Source of the DNA: the human T2T-CHM13v2.0 reference genome, Homo sapiens | DNA: 64,000 nucleotides | NCBI RefSeq assembly: GCF_009914755.1 | Contig: NC_060926.1 | Strand: one strand, 5' to 3' | Part shown: positions 44,126 through 58,679 of the stretch, one piece after another | How the letters are laid out: every line of letters begins with the position of its first letter | Position numbering within the stretch: position 1 is the stretch's first letter | Notes under the pieces: generated by a model | Told to the model about the DNA's origin: nothing | The model's input: only the letters and a program-made list of their open reading frames with translations | Database searches by the model: none | Translations under genes and position numbers: made by a program

Positions 44126-45746
44126 ACCTACAGCTAAGATTTATATTGAATAGCAAAGTGCTGAATTTTTTTTCCTAAATTAAGAAATAAGATAAGTAGT
44201 GCATTCTCACTACTCTTATTGATTATACTATTGGAAGTTCTAGCCAATTCACTAAGACAAGGGAAGGAAATGAAAAGCATACAGATCAGAAAGTAAGAAA
44301 TAAAACTGTCCTTATTTGCAAATGCATTGATTATCTATGTAGAAAATTCTGAAGAATCTACAAAAAACTCCTAGTACTAATAAATGAGTTCTTTATGGTT
44401 GCAGAATACAAGATAAACATACAAAATTGTGCTGAAGTATTTGGACTTCCACAAGAAAAAGAAAAAAAAAGAGCCTCAACCTAAGTCTTGCACCTTATAC
44501 AAAGATGAATTCAAAATAGATCACAGACATATATATAAAATGTAAAATTAAAGTTTTTTAGAAAAAGAAAAGGAAAGAATTTTTAGAATCTAGGACAAGG
44601 CAAACAGTTCCAATACTTAATGCCAAAAATATAATCCATAAAAGAAAAAAATGATAAAGTGGACTTCATCAAAATTAAAAACTTTTGCTCTGTGACTAAA
44701 GCCTTGTTTAGATGATGAAAAGACAAGCTATATGTTGGGGAAAAATATTTCCAAACCACATAGCCAAGAAAGGACTAGTATCTAGAACATATGAAGAAAT
44801 CTCAAAACTAAACAGTGAAAAAAAATGCTATTTGAACATGGGCAAAAAGGAACGGATAAATATTTTACAAAAGAAAATACACAGATGATAAACAAACTTA
44901 TGGAAGATGTTCAACATCATTAGCCACAGAGAAATGCAAATTAAAACCACAATCAATGAGACAACCCTGCAACCCCATCTGAAAGGCTAAAATGAAGAAA
45001 TAATTACAATATTGAATGCTGATGAGAATACAGAGAAACTGGATTACTCATAAATACTGGCAGGAATGTAAAATAGTACTGCCATTCAGGAAAACAGTTT
45101 GACAATCTGTACCTTCAATTACCATATAACTCAGCAATTGTACTCCTGGGCATTTATTTCAGAGAAATAAAGAATTTGTTCATATGAAAACCTGTACATA
45201 AACGTTTATAGCACCTTTATTGTAATAGTTCCAAACTGGACACTATTATAAAAGGACACTATTACAAAATGTTCCAAACTGGACACTATTACAAAAGGAC
45301 TATTACAAAATGTCCTTAAGTGAGTAAATTTTTAAGTACATTATGGTACATCTACATCATGAAACACTACTCAGCAATAAAAAGTAACAAACTATTGATA
45401 TATACAACAACCTGAATGAATAATCATACTGAGTAAAAAAGGCCAATCTCAAAAGTTTACATATTATGATCCACTTATATAATATTTTTGAAATGACAAA
45501 ACTGTAGAAATGGGGAACAGATTTGTGGTTGCAAAGGATTAAGCGGGGATTGTGTGTTGAAGGATAAAGGTTGTAGCTATAAAAGAGTAACATAAGGAAT
45601 CCTTTTGGTGATGGAAACGTCCTGTTTCTTAGCTGTACCAAGGTCAGCATACTGTTGTGATGTTGCAGCAGTTTTGAAAGATGCCTCCATTGGAGGAAAC
45701 TGAAAAACTGCATATGAAGCTATAATTAATTCAAAAAAATGTTAAA
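44126..45746 (+). mobile_element. Old L1M (L1MC/MD-like) ORF2 3' part + 3'UTR
   Basis: ttggaagttctagcca..aaactgtccttatttgcaaatg..ggacttcatcaaaattaaaaacttttgctc..ccattggaggaaactg. Confidence 0.85.
45228..45315 (+). repeat. Local ~44-bp tandem duplication within L1M (gttccaaactggacactatta..)
   Basis: Seen directly. Confidence 0.85.
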
Positions 45747-46849
45747 CTAAAACACACACATGCAAAGTTATTATCCTTGCAAAGAGTTAAAATAATGTTT
45801 ATAAGTAGTGTGACTAAGAATATAGCATGTAAGTTTGTGGTAAAATTTTGTCTAATTTAGTACTATATACCTCATTTTCCATAGGGTGCTCAGAAGCCAA
45901 GTTTCTACTGCTCTTTAGGGAGATTTGGCCAGCTATTAAAAGTTGAGATGCAAAACAAAAAATAAAATAATGCATATATTGTTACAACCTGGCCAAAGTC
46001 TGTAGCTAAAATTATATCCCACTTCCAAATTCAACTGTCTTTGGTCTTATATCCCTAGTTTTCATAAATCATTCACATTGCATGAAAATTATTGAAAGAA
46101 CTTAAATAACTATTAAGGAGTCCAAGTGCTTACTCTCATAATTAAGTTAAATTTATTGTTCCCAGTACTTATGATCCTTTGATCATTGAGCAAGGCAATG
46201 AATAAGACAATACTAAACGTGGATGAGATTGCTCCTTACCTTGTTTTGTTCACATGGCATTTACGTCCCTCCATTCACCCAGGAAGGAAGGAAGGCTAAG
46301 ACCTGACCAATCAGCAAACTGGAGCACCTATTCCTTTGGACAATGGCAAATTATGGTGCCATAGAATTTCAGAGAGAAAACTAACAAACCATCTAACCAT
46401 CTTCTTATTTAACATGTGAGAAAACTAAATCCCAGAGGAATTAATGGATAATCTATGGTCAAATTAGCAAATGACAGAGCTTAATTTTTCATCTGTTTAA
46501 AAAAAAATTTACTAAACTTATCCATACATTTATACTAAGATTACTTTTTGTTTCAGATATACCCAGAAGGACTGAATGAGAAAGTGGGAACTTGCTATAT
46601 GGCAGTATTTCAAGAAATGGCTTAGCTGGGTAAACTAACAGTAAAATACTCGTGTCTATTAGCAAATCAAATCTAATGAGTGAACTCTTAGTGGGGTTTG
46701 GAACTGCCTGAGAATATTCCTATAGAAACTGGGTCATCTTGCCTTCTGTGCCACTAGAACCTCCTGTCTCTCCAATAGCTGCTTCTCTCTAATTCTTCAC
46801 CATAGTTTTCTTTCTGTGGTCTTTTGAGGTTCTCTCCTCACTTTGCTTT

Positions 46850-47850
46850 TGACTTAAGTTCTCCACTCCTGACTCACCCAAATCCACGGCTTCACACGCC
46901 ACCCAATTAATCTAAAATTTGATTCTCAGCTTTGGAACGCTCTGCTGAGCTCCAGGTGCATAGAATCAACCTCACGAACATTTCAAGCTCATCACATCTA
47001 AAACTAAACTCATTATTTTCTCCTCTGTTCCCTACGTCTGCAGGTAACAACCAACCATTCCGTTTTCCAGGACAAAAAAAAAAAAAAACTTAAAATTACC
47101 CCAGTCTACCTTCTCTTGCCACAGTTGTATCTAATCAATACAATCTCCTTTCTGGCCTCATTTGCTTCTTGATTATTGTAATAGCAGAACTGGTCTCTGA
47201 GTCCTCTCACCTCCTCCCCTCATACACAGAACTTCGTCTTGCCTTTTGTGGACTTCCCTGCAAGGCTGCCAGAGTGATCTTCCTGAAGTGCAAATCATAT
47301 CATGTGACTCCTTAGCTTAAGGTAATGTAAGGGTTTCACAAACCTTTCAGCCCAGAATACACAAAGCTCTCTGTGGATTGATCCCTAACTACCCATCAAG
47401 CCTCAACTCTGGACACTCTTTAATGCTTTCTTTCATAGAATACTGGTAGTTTCCAGACTTTCTTGTATTTTTCAAACACCACTGACTGTGCACATGGTCT
47501 TCCCTCACCTAACTCCTCTCCTGCTGCTCTCCCCCTCTGTACTCAGATTCCAGCCATACAAGCCTCTGTGCCGTTCTTTAAAAATGCCAAGTGTGCTTCT
47601 GTTTTAGAATACAGTTTCCATACTAGACTGCTTCATGTTTTTTCATACCCCTTTAATTATTCCATGCTTCTCCCTTTGCCTGTAATATCTCTCTACCTAG
47701 CCCAATTATGGCTCTTCTAATCTGTATGTAAAAAGTCAGTTCCAAATCACTTTCTAAAGCTCTTGATGTCCTGACCACTTTCCCCAGGATAATGTGGATG
47801 TCCCTTGCATACCATCTCCTGGTACTCCCAGGCATTGTATTGGTGATGGT
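46850..47850 (+). mobile_element. L2 fragments
   Basis: ctgctgagctccag..catctaaaactaaactcatt..gctgccagagtgatcttcctgaagtgcaaatcatatcatgtgactcc. Confidence 0.7.
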
Positions 47851-48344
47851 TTACCAAGCAGATAACTAGCTCTTACTGTGACTAAAGTCACAAAAACAGT
47901 AAATGTTAATTCTATGGAAAAGGGGGTTTTATTTTTAGCATTTTTAAAGTAAATATCAATAAACCCTAGAATGCATTACTGTTATGGCCTCTGCTGTTTT
48001 GTCCACCTTTGAAAACAGACAGATAGATTTTTATCTATCAAGCATGATTATAGAGTATTGTTATTTGTCAGTGAATATACTACTACTATTTTGTATTCAT
48101 CCCTCTTTTTCTCTTGTTCTTTTTCTTATTTTTGTACTACTTCCCATTTCTCTCTTTTTTTTACTTATCACCTCCCTTCTTTCTTCTTTTTCTTTTTCTC
48201 TTCCTTTTCATTCCTTATTAATTTCTCAAGTGCCTACAAATGTGTCTCATGTTGCATATAATAATTCAGAAAACAAAAATTGACATAAAATCAAATTCAA
48301 ATATAAGGAGCTTAGAAAAATGGGGAGACAGTTGAAATATCTAT

Positions 48345-48720
48345 TAGTTAGCATACATTAAGTTACAAGTATTAGAAAAGTCATTCTTAAACTAGCTTAA
48401 GAAATAAAGAAGTTGATTATCTCAGATAGCAAGAGGTACAGAGATAGGGTGGCTCCTAATTTGGTTACTTCAACAGCATTGTCAAGAAACCAGATTCTCT
48501 CCTGTTTCCTCATCTCTATCTTTGATGTGCATGCTTTGTCTCCAGGCTGTTTCCCAGCATAGTTACAGGATGTTGCAGTACTTATATGTAAGTTACATCA
48601 AGACAGAATCACTCAGACACTGAATGCCTCTTCTGGCATGTGCTTTATACAATTTAGAAAAACAGTTTGAGAAGCACACTCAGTCAAATGTCTGCCACAT
48701 CTCATTGATCAGTATTGAAT
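48345..48720 (-). mobile_element. Old MLT1-type MaLR LTR
   Basis: tattagttagc..aaactagcttaagaaataaag..cacatctcattgatcag. Confidence 0.55.
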
Positions 48721-49445
48721 TAAAACCTTTTATTGAGACATTCAATAAATTCTTATTAAATAAATTCATGGAAATTCCAACAGCTCTAAAATTAGAGTTT
48801 AAAAAATGTTGTGCCAGAACTCAGGAACAATATTATATTACCAAAATGTATTTGAGCAAATGAGCAGAGCAAGAAAAGTAAATTATAGAAAGAGATTTCC
48901 ATCTATCTCACTGCACACATGGAGACTTAGCTGTTCAGAGACCTAGTAGCCATTTTTATTACCATCTTGTCTCTTTTCCCCAGTTAGTGTATCTTTTTCT
49001 GTATCAAATTAGCCACAAATTATGTACTTATACTATAATATCAGGAAAACCAAAACTGGTAGTTGAGAGTGAAATAAAAGCAAGTTGAATTTGCCCTCTT
49101 TGTGGAGTTGGTTACAAATCTTTTTTTTTTAATTATTAAAGTTGAAAAATATATATTTGAGTATGTCTTAAAACTCACAGTGGTAATTATGATAGGAAAA
49201 CTGGAACCTTGGAAATCTTTAGAGGATGAAGAAAAGACAGAAAAATATAGTCTACATAACAAAAGAGGCAAAAATTTAACAAGAAACATTGTTACGAAAC
49301 AGAAAATAAAAACAAAAAAGAGTACTCAGAAGTAAAATCCAATATATCAATTATTAGAAAAAAAGTATAAATTGCCTAACTCCATTCATTAACAGACAGA
49401 TTCTCAGACTGGAAAAAGAAAAATCTACTCTGTGTAGTTTGTGAT

Positions 49446-49582
49446 AGAGTGATCATGTAGTTTATTTCAAAATCAGACACTTTTGAAAATGAAAGGTAGC
49501 CACTATCAATAATTATGCATAGAAGATAGAGGTAAACCAGACCCCCGACTGTCCCAGGCAAACAGGGATATATCATTACCCT
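49446..49582 (+). mobile_element. MER94 (hAT-Blackjack) inside a degraded L1ME EN fragment
   Basis: agagtgatcatg..gacacttttgaaaatgaaagg..gactgtcccaggcaaacagggatatatcattaccct. Confidence 0.8.
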
Positions 49583-49724
49583 ATTTATGAAAGATATACT
49601 AAATGAACACTAAAATGTTGAACATGAAATAATTGTTAAATATTTATCAGATCTTAAAACATAATTAAAACATTTATATTAAACAAAATGATTTTAAGGC
49701 AAAGAGCATTGAATATCAGTTAAA

Positions 49725-49835
49725 TGATAAATATTTATTGAGCATTCCCTATGTGCCGGGCACTATTCCAGGGACCAAAATAATAGCAACAAAGAAGACC
49801 AACACAGTCACTGTCCTCACAGTCTATATTCTAAA
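49725..49835 (-). mobile_element. L2 3' end
   Basis: aaatatttattgagcattccctatgtgccgggcactattcc. Confidence 0.75.
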
Positions 49836-50897
49836 ATCTAATAAGCCAATGACTATGAAATAAATTAAGAGTTCTCTGTCTGTCTTTTCTGCTCTTTTAC
49901 TGTAATTCACTTTTATCATATAACAAAAGTTTTACACTGAAACTAAACAGAAAAAGTGGGGGAAAAAGAACAAGGGAAGAGGCAGGGTAGGGGAGAAGGC
50001 AGAATAATCCTCAAGGAGTATAAAAGAATACTACTAAATTAAATCGAGTAGAAAATGTAAAAATAATATGTCATAAATAAGATTTATGCTAGTAATTTCA
50101 AGATGGTTCAATATTTTAAAAATCTATTAATGTATTAATACACATGAGAAGGTCAAAGGAGATGACACATAAAACCATTTCCCAATAGTCACTGAAGAAC
50201 AATGTTAATCAGGTTGAGAAGCAGAAATTTCCTAGCACAGTTGTTGGAGAATTAAGTTGGTTAAGTCCACAATCCTTCATCTGAAGTTCTAAACACTGTT
50301 TTTTGTTTTGTGTTTGTTTTTGTTTTTTGGTAATTCATTCGAAGACAAAGCTGTGCTGACTTAAACTAATAAATAAATGGTAGAATGAAGAAAAGGAAGT
50401 TAAAGATTGGCATGAATAATATGATCACATCTTTGTAAAATTTTGTATATGTGTTTGTGGCAGGAGCAAAGAAGTTGGTGGACATCTAAAATTTATCTCT
50501 AAGTGGTGGAATGATGAGCAATATTTGCTTTATTGTTTGTAATACTTTGATTTTCTTTCTTTTTGAAATTGATCAATGCCTCACTGTGAAGTATGAGGAA
50601 ATTAGCTCATCTGCAATTGCCCCTTCTTCACCTCCCCTCATCTCCCAATTTTTCTAAATTATATAGTTTTTGCACTAATAATATTTATAAAACATATGAA
50701 TGTATATTTAAATCCTCAACTGTAATAAAATCTTCCGTGTCTATCTAAGACACATTTCTACAAGTGTTGTCCCACAGCAGCACTATATTATGGTGATTTT
50801 GGGTCCTACCCCATGCCTGAACCATATTTTCTGAGCTTGGGGGCTATAATATGACCAAACTCAAGAAATAATAAATGCATATTAAAAGCATATTAAA

Positions 50898-51358
50898 TGC
50901 AACAACTTGGATGGAACTGGAGGTCATTATGTTAAGTGAAATAAGCCAGCACAGGAAGGCAACTTCACATGTTTTCACTTATTTGTGGGAGCTAAAAATT
51001 AAAACCATTGAACTCATGGCGGTACAGAGTAGAAGGATGGTTACCAGAGACTGGAAAAGGTTAGGGGGTTGGGTGGGGGAGAGGTGGGGATGGTTAATGG
51101 ATACAAAAAAATTACAAAGAATAAATAAGACCTAGTATTTGCTAGCACAACAGAATGGCTCTAGTAAAATAATTTAATTGTACATTCTAAAATAACAAAA
51201 GAGCATAACTGGATTGTTTGTAACACAAAGGATAAATGCTTGAGGTGATGAATGCTCCATTTACCCTGATGTGATTACTACACATTGCATGCCTGTATCA
51301 AAATATTTCATGTAACCCATAAATACATACATGTACTATGTGCCCACAAAAATTAAAA
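50898..51358 (+). mobile_element. L1MA (MA2-MA4-like) 3' end with TSD
   Basis: ggatggaactggaggtcattatgttaagtgaaataagccag..aaaggataaatgcttgaggtgatg; TSD attaaaagcatattaaa on both sides. Confidence 0.9.
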
Positions 51359-52659
51359 ATTAAAAGCATATTAAAAACCAATCTCTTTAAATGTTTTTCA
51401 TGGACATTAAAATGTGGGACCACTGGCCTATAGTTTAGACTCAAAAACGAAAATATCAACAAGCAACAATTAAATATGATGGTAGGTGAATACAATTAAC
51501 TCTAGAGTTAAGTGACACACCCGAAGCTGATTGATAGAATCATTTTTAGGCTTTATTTTGGGAGAAAAATATTTTCATGAATTACTGTCACCATTTTCTC
51601 TGACAACTTCTTTCGTTGCCTAGTTGATTCCAAGTTACAAATTTCCTCCAAAGCTCACTGAAAAACAAGTAGGCTTGAGTGTCAGACTACTGTTTCTTTC
51701 CTGCTCTAGGTTCTCTATTGGACTAATTTTGGACTTATATTTTCCAGTAATTTCTTGAAGCTGATTGTATTCTTTACTTCCTCGGCTGTAATGATTTTAT
51801 TATTTTAAGAACATAGAAAATTTATGTCATCAAGTGGGAATTAAGACAGAGAAAGTTGTACATGTTCTATCTATTGAGCCAGAATTTTTCACGTCTAGAT
51901 GCATTGTCATCATGATCATATTTTTTTTTAAAAAATGTTAACTTTGATTATAAAATATCTGACACATATATGACTTTTTTAAAAGTATGAAAAGCCTGTG
52001 AGTAGTACAATATTTTCTTAAGGTAATAAAGAATATCAATCTAAATCAACAAAAGCTTAACACTTAATATTGAAACTGTAGGCTTAATATCAAAGTCAGA
52101 AAAACAATAAATATAATTTTTATCACCACTATGATTTAATATAGTCTTAGAAGTTCTGCCTAAATCAATAAGATGAAACAAGAGGAAACAAGAACATCAT
52201 TATTTTCAGATATTAGCCAACAAAAATGTCCTACAAAATTAACTGAAATGTCCTTCTAATTAACAGGAGAAAATAGTAAGTTAAACATGGAAAAATAAAT
52301 GTGAAAATTTTATTTTTTATATTTAGCAGCAATAATCAGCAAAATGGATAAAAGTTCCTGGTCATAATAATAACAAAATGATAAAAATGCATAAAATATG
52401 AAATCATCATCAAGAAATATGTAACACTCATAAACGAACACTACAAATATTCAGAGTGAAATGAAAATGAGCTTAGTAAATGAGTAGACTATATTCTTAA
52501 ATAAGAGAACAAAAATTCTAAAAATATAAGTTGCCTTTACATTTATTTAAACTTTAAACAATTGCATTCAATACTTCTGCAACATTTTTTTAAGAGATAG
52601 GGAGGAATGGTTTGTATTAGTTTATATTATATATTATATTAGAACATATGTCTACGAAA

Positions 52660-52966
<307 letters not shown>

Positions 52967-53613
52967 TTACAGTAATTAAAACAATGCTGCACTGACATAA
53001 GACTTGATGGATAGGATATGCAAATTAAATGTAAATATTACCATGTTTAAGAATTTTCAATATAGTAATGGTACATGATACACTGGTAAGGCCTAAAAAC
53101 TATTAAATTTGAGAATACTGACTTGGAAAATAATCTTTAGATTCTTATCTCATACCACATATCAAAATATAAACTCCATATGTCTTTTCCAAACTAACTC
53201 CTCAAAAACGAAACTGTATACATAGAAAAAAATGTAAATGACTAAATATCTAATCTTAATCAGGAAATCAATAATAGATTTTTATTAAATAATACACTTG
53301 AATACAGTAACTCTTCAGGCACATATATTTCAATATATTACAAACTTTTAGTGATAAACAGCACACTAGGAACCAGTATTGCAAATGAATTATATTACAA
53401 ATGAATTATATATAGTCTTTATATATAAAAACCTTATAAAAACTGAAAAAAACCTAAATAAAATTCAAATATCGAATTATTTTTTAAAAATAGTCAACTT
53501 TGCTAGTAGAGAAATTGAAACATTCAAAGCAATGATTAAGTGTAATTTTGCCCATAATGCTAATAATACATAGTTTTCAAGGTAAGATAATAAAAAGACA
53601 AGCCACCAGTTGA

Positions 53614-53991
<378 letters not shown>

Positions 53992-54323
53992 TAATAAACA
54001 TTTTTAATGGGCAAAAGATTTGAACATAGACTTTAATAAACAAGATACATGGATGACAAAAGAGAACAGGAAAACATGATCAAGATCATCAGTTATTAGA
54101 GAAATGTAAATTAAATCCACAATGAGATACGACTGCACGCTTACTAGAATAACTAAAATTCTAGAGTGATCATAAAAGTGTTGGCAAGCATATGAAAAAA
54201 CTAAAACTCATATACACTGCTGGTGGGAAAAACTTTGTCAGTTTCTTAAAAGTTAGACACATACCCACAATATAACTCAGCCAGTTCACTCCAAGATATC
54301 GACCCCAAAGAAATGAAAGCATG

Positions 54324-54690
54324 TGCTGCGATTTGAATCATGTCATCTCCTCCAAAATTCACATTGAAACGTAAGCCCCAATGTAACAGTATTAAAAGGT
54401 GTAGCAATTGGGAGGTGAGTAAGTCGCAAGAGCTCTGCCCGCATGCATGTGATTACCACCTTAAGAAAAGGGCTAGTGGTTGAAGCACACACTCTCCTAC
54501 CCTTCCTTCCCTTTTGCTATGTGGGGCATCATCTTGAAAGGAGAGACCAGGTCCCTCACCAGACACCAAACTTGCTGGTACCTTCATCTTGGACTTCCCA
54601 GTCTCCAGAACTAGAAAAAATAAATTTCTGTTCTCTAGAAATGACCCAGTAAAAGGTATTTGGTTATAGCAGCACAAATGGACTAAGAAA
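54324..54690 (+). mobile_element. MST (MSTC/D-like) MaLR solo LTR
   Basis: gatttgaat..ctccaaaattcacattgaaac..ccctcaccagacaccaaac..ttggacttcccagtctccagaact..atagcagcacaaatggactaag. Confidence 0.88.
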
Positions 54691-55879
54691 GCAAACTTAC
54701 ATACAAACACTTGTACACAAATATTTATAGTACCTTTATTGGTAATAGCCCAAAACTGGAAATAACGCAAATTTCCATTAATAGGTAAATGAAAAACAAA
54801 TTACATTCATATGCTGGAATAGTATTCACCAATATAAAGGGCTAAACTATCAATACACACAACAACATGTATGAACCTCAAAATTATTGTGCTTAACGAA
54901 AGAAGGCAGGTGGAAAAGAGTACGTAATGTGTGCTTTCTTTTATGTAAAAGTCTAGGTAACACAAACTAGTCCATAGTGATGGTGAATCATGATTGTCTA
55001 GGTAGGGGTGGAGAGAGGCAGGAGGGAAGATATTACAAAAGGGCATGAGAAACTTCTAGGGATGATAGATATGTTCATTATCTTGGTTGTGGTGATGGTT
55101 TCATGGGTGTATAAATATGTTAAACTTATCAAATTATGCAATTTCAAAATGTACCATTTATTATGTACTAATAATACCTCAATAAATAAAGCTATGTAAA
55201 AGGAAAGCAGGATGGAAAATCATACCTACAGAATGATTTTGTTTTCAGAATACTGTCCCTCTTTCTCTCATACACATGCAAACACACACACTCAACACAA
55301 GCACAGTCCAAGAAATGAAATTAGAAAGAGATACATGAAAATACAAAGAATTATTTATCTAAATGTTAGAACTTCAAGGTGTTATTTTTAAAGTTCTAAT
55401 ATTTTTAAAGTTCTTCTTTTACTTCCCTGTGTTTCCCAAATTCTCTAAAATTTTGGCTTTGCTAAGCCTAAATGATTACTTCTATGAAAAATAAAATAAA
55501 GTAACTTCATTGTCATCCAGCTTCAAATATCCAGATTCATTATAGCATCCATTTTTTATACATAAGTCATTTTCATCAACCTTTGTGTAGATGTTAATTC
55601 ATCTTCTTGCTTATTACCCACAGAAGGTATATTATGGAAACTACTGAATGATTACCAAAATATATTGAATTTCACATAGTGATCATTTTGAGAAATGAGT
55701 ATTATGTTAAATTTATTTCTGTTCACTTGCACTCACTTTGAATTATGTGTCTATAGAGTATAAAATGTTATATGAGGGACCCAATTTTTCAAAATGACAA
55801 ATTAGTTATAATATTATAAATTAAAATTTTACATTAAAATGTAATAAAATATCCAAGCATAAAATAAATATTTAAATTC

Positions 55880-56385
55880 AAGTATATCTTCAAGTCTAAC
55901 AGCTCCTCCTTGCTTACCATACAAATGCAAACTCCTTAAGCTGGTCATCAAGACTGTCAGTGCTGTGAGCCTGGCTTACCTCCCACTGTATTCCAAAACA
56001 TCAACCTTTATTGTCCAGCCCCACTGAGCTACTGATGCTTTCACAGTTCCTGCCTCTGTGCTGTCCCCAGTGAAACTTTCTCCACCTCATGTCCTCCCCA
56101 CATTCTCTACTTGTCAAGGTCTTGTCCATTCTTCAATGTTTATCTAGTCCTTTCTTGCTGATATACTTCTTTTCTTATAAACCAGAAGTTGTCCTCTCTT
56201 TCTTGGAACACCCTTCCACTGATGCCGAACCTCTAAAATGGCACCAAGAAATAAGACACTCACTATGTGTGTATGTGTTTGTGTGGGCATGAGTATGGGT
56301 AGATGTGTAGCTGAATTTCGCCTATTCTTTTCTATCAGATTTTTCAGCACAGCGAGTGTTTAATAAATATTTATTAAGTTAAATA
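55880..56385 (+). mobile_element. L2 fragment
   Basis: caaactccttaagctgg..tcctgcctctgtgc..ttaataaatatttatt. Confidence 0.55.
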
Positions 56386-57127
56386 GCAATTTTTAAACAT
56401 TGTTTAACACATGACTGTTTTTCTGGATCATGATTTCCTACACAGGAGTAATAATTTCATGGGCTTGTTATTTGTTATGGCAAATAGCATAGAAATCTGC
56501 AGTGAAAATATAGTAGCCATTGAATAAACAGAGCAAAAGGTTGTTGCACATATTTAACATTTCGTTTGTCATCTGATATATTTTCATAAAATCTTTTAAA
56601 AATTAAGGAATCCTTTTTTGGAATACTTACCCTAGGCCATGTTAAGTATAATTTTTCTTGTGTAGGATAAAGGAAAATACAAATAAAATAGTTTGCTGTG
56701 ATTATTAACAAAGAATGACTTTGTGCATTGTGTAAAATGGAGCCAAATCAGCATAGATGGTATCTGCACTGTCTCTGTATGACTGCCATCATGCGTGTTT
56801 CTTTGCTCTGTTTATTTTGCTGTTCTCTGTAAAGTAGATCAGCCAATTCTTTGTCATTTTATTGGAACAATGTGTTCTGCTGTTGTTGTTTTGCTCAATA
56901 TATAGCATGGGGTTAATTCAGATTTAAAATTAAAATATTTACTTTTCATTTTATACATAACTCAATTACCAGTCACTCATGTTATAAAAATATTTGGATA
57001 TATTTTAAGCATATATGTTATTGATAGTATAATGGTTATCTAGTACTTTCAGTAATAAAATATTTCCATCACCTAGAAAGCTTAGAATTTTTTTTATTAT
57101 TACTTTTGTTTTATAAGTTAATGTAAC

Positions 57128-57237
57128 TTGGCATAAATATAATAGTGTAGATATTTGGCATAAATATTTTAATAGTGTAGATATTTGGCATAAATATTAT
57201 AATAGTGTGGATACCCTTGGTCAAGAATATTATAATA
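57128..57237 (+). repeat. ~27-30-bp minisatellite, ~3.5 copies (ttggcataaatat(t/a)..aatagtgtagatat)
   Basis: Seen directly. Confidence 0.88.
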
Positions 57238-57594
57238 TTCCATTTCTGGAGTAGAGTACTTCAGACAATATGAAAGGGTCCAGAAGTGCCGCTATTTGAT
57301 TTGTTACTAAAAATGCATCCTCATATCCAGAAGTTAAATGCTTAGCAAACACAACTTACCTTTAGTTGCCAGGATAATTGGCTTTACTTCAGTATATCTT
57401 AGATATCTTAGTTGCTTTCAATAGTCTATCTGTGTTAACTGCTGGTAATTTTTAAAAAACTGATGCCAAGTAAAGTCAACATAACATTAAGCTGTTCTGC
57501 TTTATTAACTTCAGCAGTGTGTTTCTCAGTCAGAGCAATACTGCCTCTAAGGAATCTAACTTACTAGGTTTGAATTCTTCTTTTATCCAAATGC

Positions 57595-58470
57595 TTTCAT
57601 TCATTCACTCATTCATCCATATATTGGATACTTATTTGTGCCTACTGTTTTCTAAGCACTGTGCTAAAAAGAGTAGAAAGTCTTCCTAGTCAAAAAATTA
57701 AATCTGGTGGGGGGATATATTTATAGAAAATTATAATACAATGTAGTATGTGTAATTCATTAAACCATTCAACAAAAAATATATTGAACATCCACTAGGT
57801 GAGTGTGGTATTGTGGTACAAACTAGAAATAAGATTGTAAGCCAACAGACATTTACAGAGTTTATGGTCCAGTGACTTATTTAAGAAATAACTAGAGGAC
57901 AAACTTGGTAGTCATTAGTAGTTATCAATAGCTTGGTAATAAAATGGATGGGTGGGGATTGAAGAATACACAGCAATTGCTTTTGAGGTTCTAGCATAAG
58001 TTTGTTTATTTGATTATTCGTGTATTTGCATTAAAGAGACGTACAAAATTTACTATATGTCAGGCTCTGTTCTAAGCACTTTTTAATCCACCTAATCCCA
58101 TGTAACAGCCCTACTTTTATTTATACCTATCTTGCCAATGAGAGGCCAAGTCAATTTTTCAAGGTTACAGAGCTATTAAGTGGTAGCACTGGAACTCTAA
58201 CCCAGATAATCTTGCTCAAAAATTGTTTTTCTAAACACTAATCTAAGCTGCCTCTCACATGCAACTAGGAGGGCCTATTGCTATAGAAAATATATTTAAA
58301 AATGGATACCTGTTGTAGGGATGATGTCAGTCTTGAGATACTTAGAGAACATCCTCTTGGTAGGTAGCTTGCTGGATGTGAGTCTTAAGTTTAAGAAAGA
58401 TGGCTGGGTTAAAGATACAGATTTAGGAGTTGCCAATCTATGGGATTAGGGAAGGTCGAACAAGTAGGTG
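57595..58470 (-). mobile_element. L2 fragments with an intervening MIR (~58040-58260)
   Basis: tcattcattcactcattc; tactatatgtcaggctctgttctaagcact..ttcaaggttacagagctattaagtggtagc; aaagatacagatttaggagt. Confidence 0.65.
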
Positions 58471-58679
58471 AGCTCACTTAGTGGTTCCCAAACACTAATC
58501 CACAGGCCATTTCGGATCCATATTGAAGTTTATAACAACTCTTTGCAAAGCAGATCAATAAGGATTGTTGAGGAGTTTAGTGCCTAAATTCTCTTTTCCC
58601 CTTATGTAATTACAGTGAATAGAGAATACACACAAAATATAGTCATTGGAACTTAGCTAAGACCTAAAGTCAAATGGGC

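Noticed and set aside
57128-57237. CRISPR-like array of ~30-bp units
   Set aside because: Head-to-tail tandem copies without unique spacers, in a eukaryotic context; a minisatellite.
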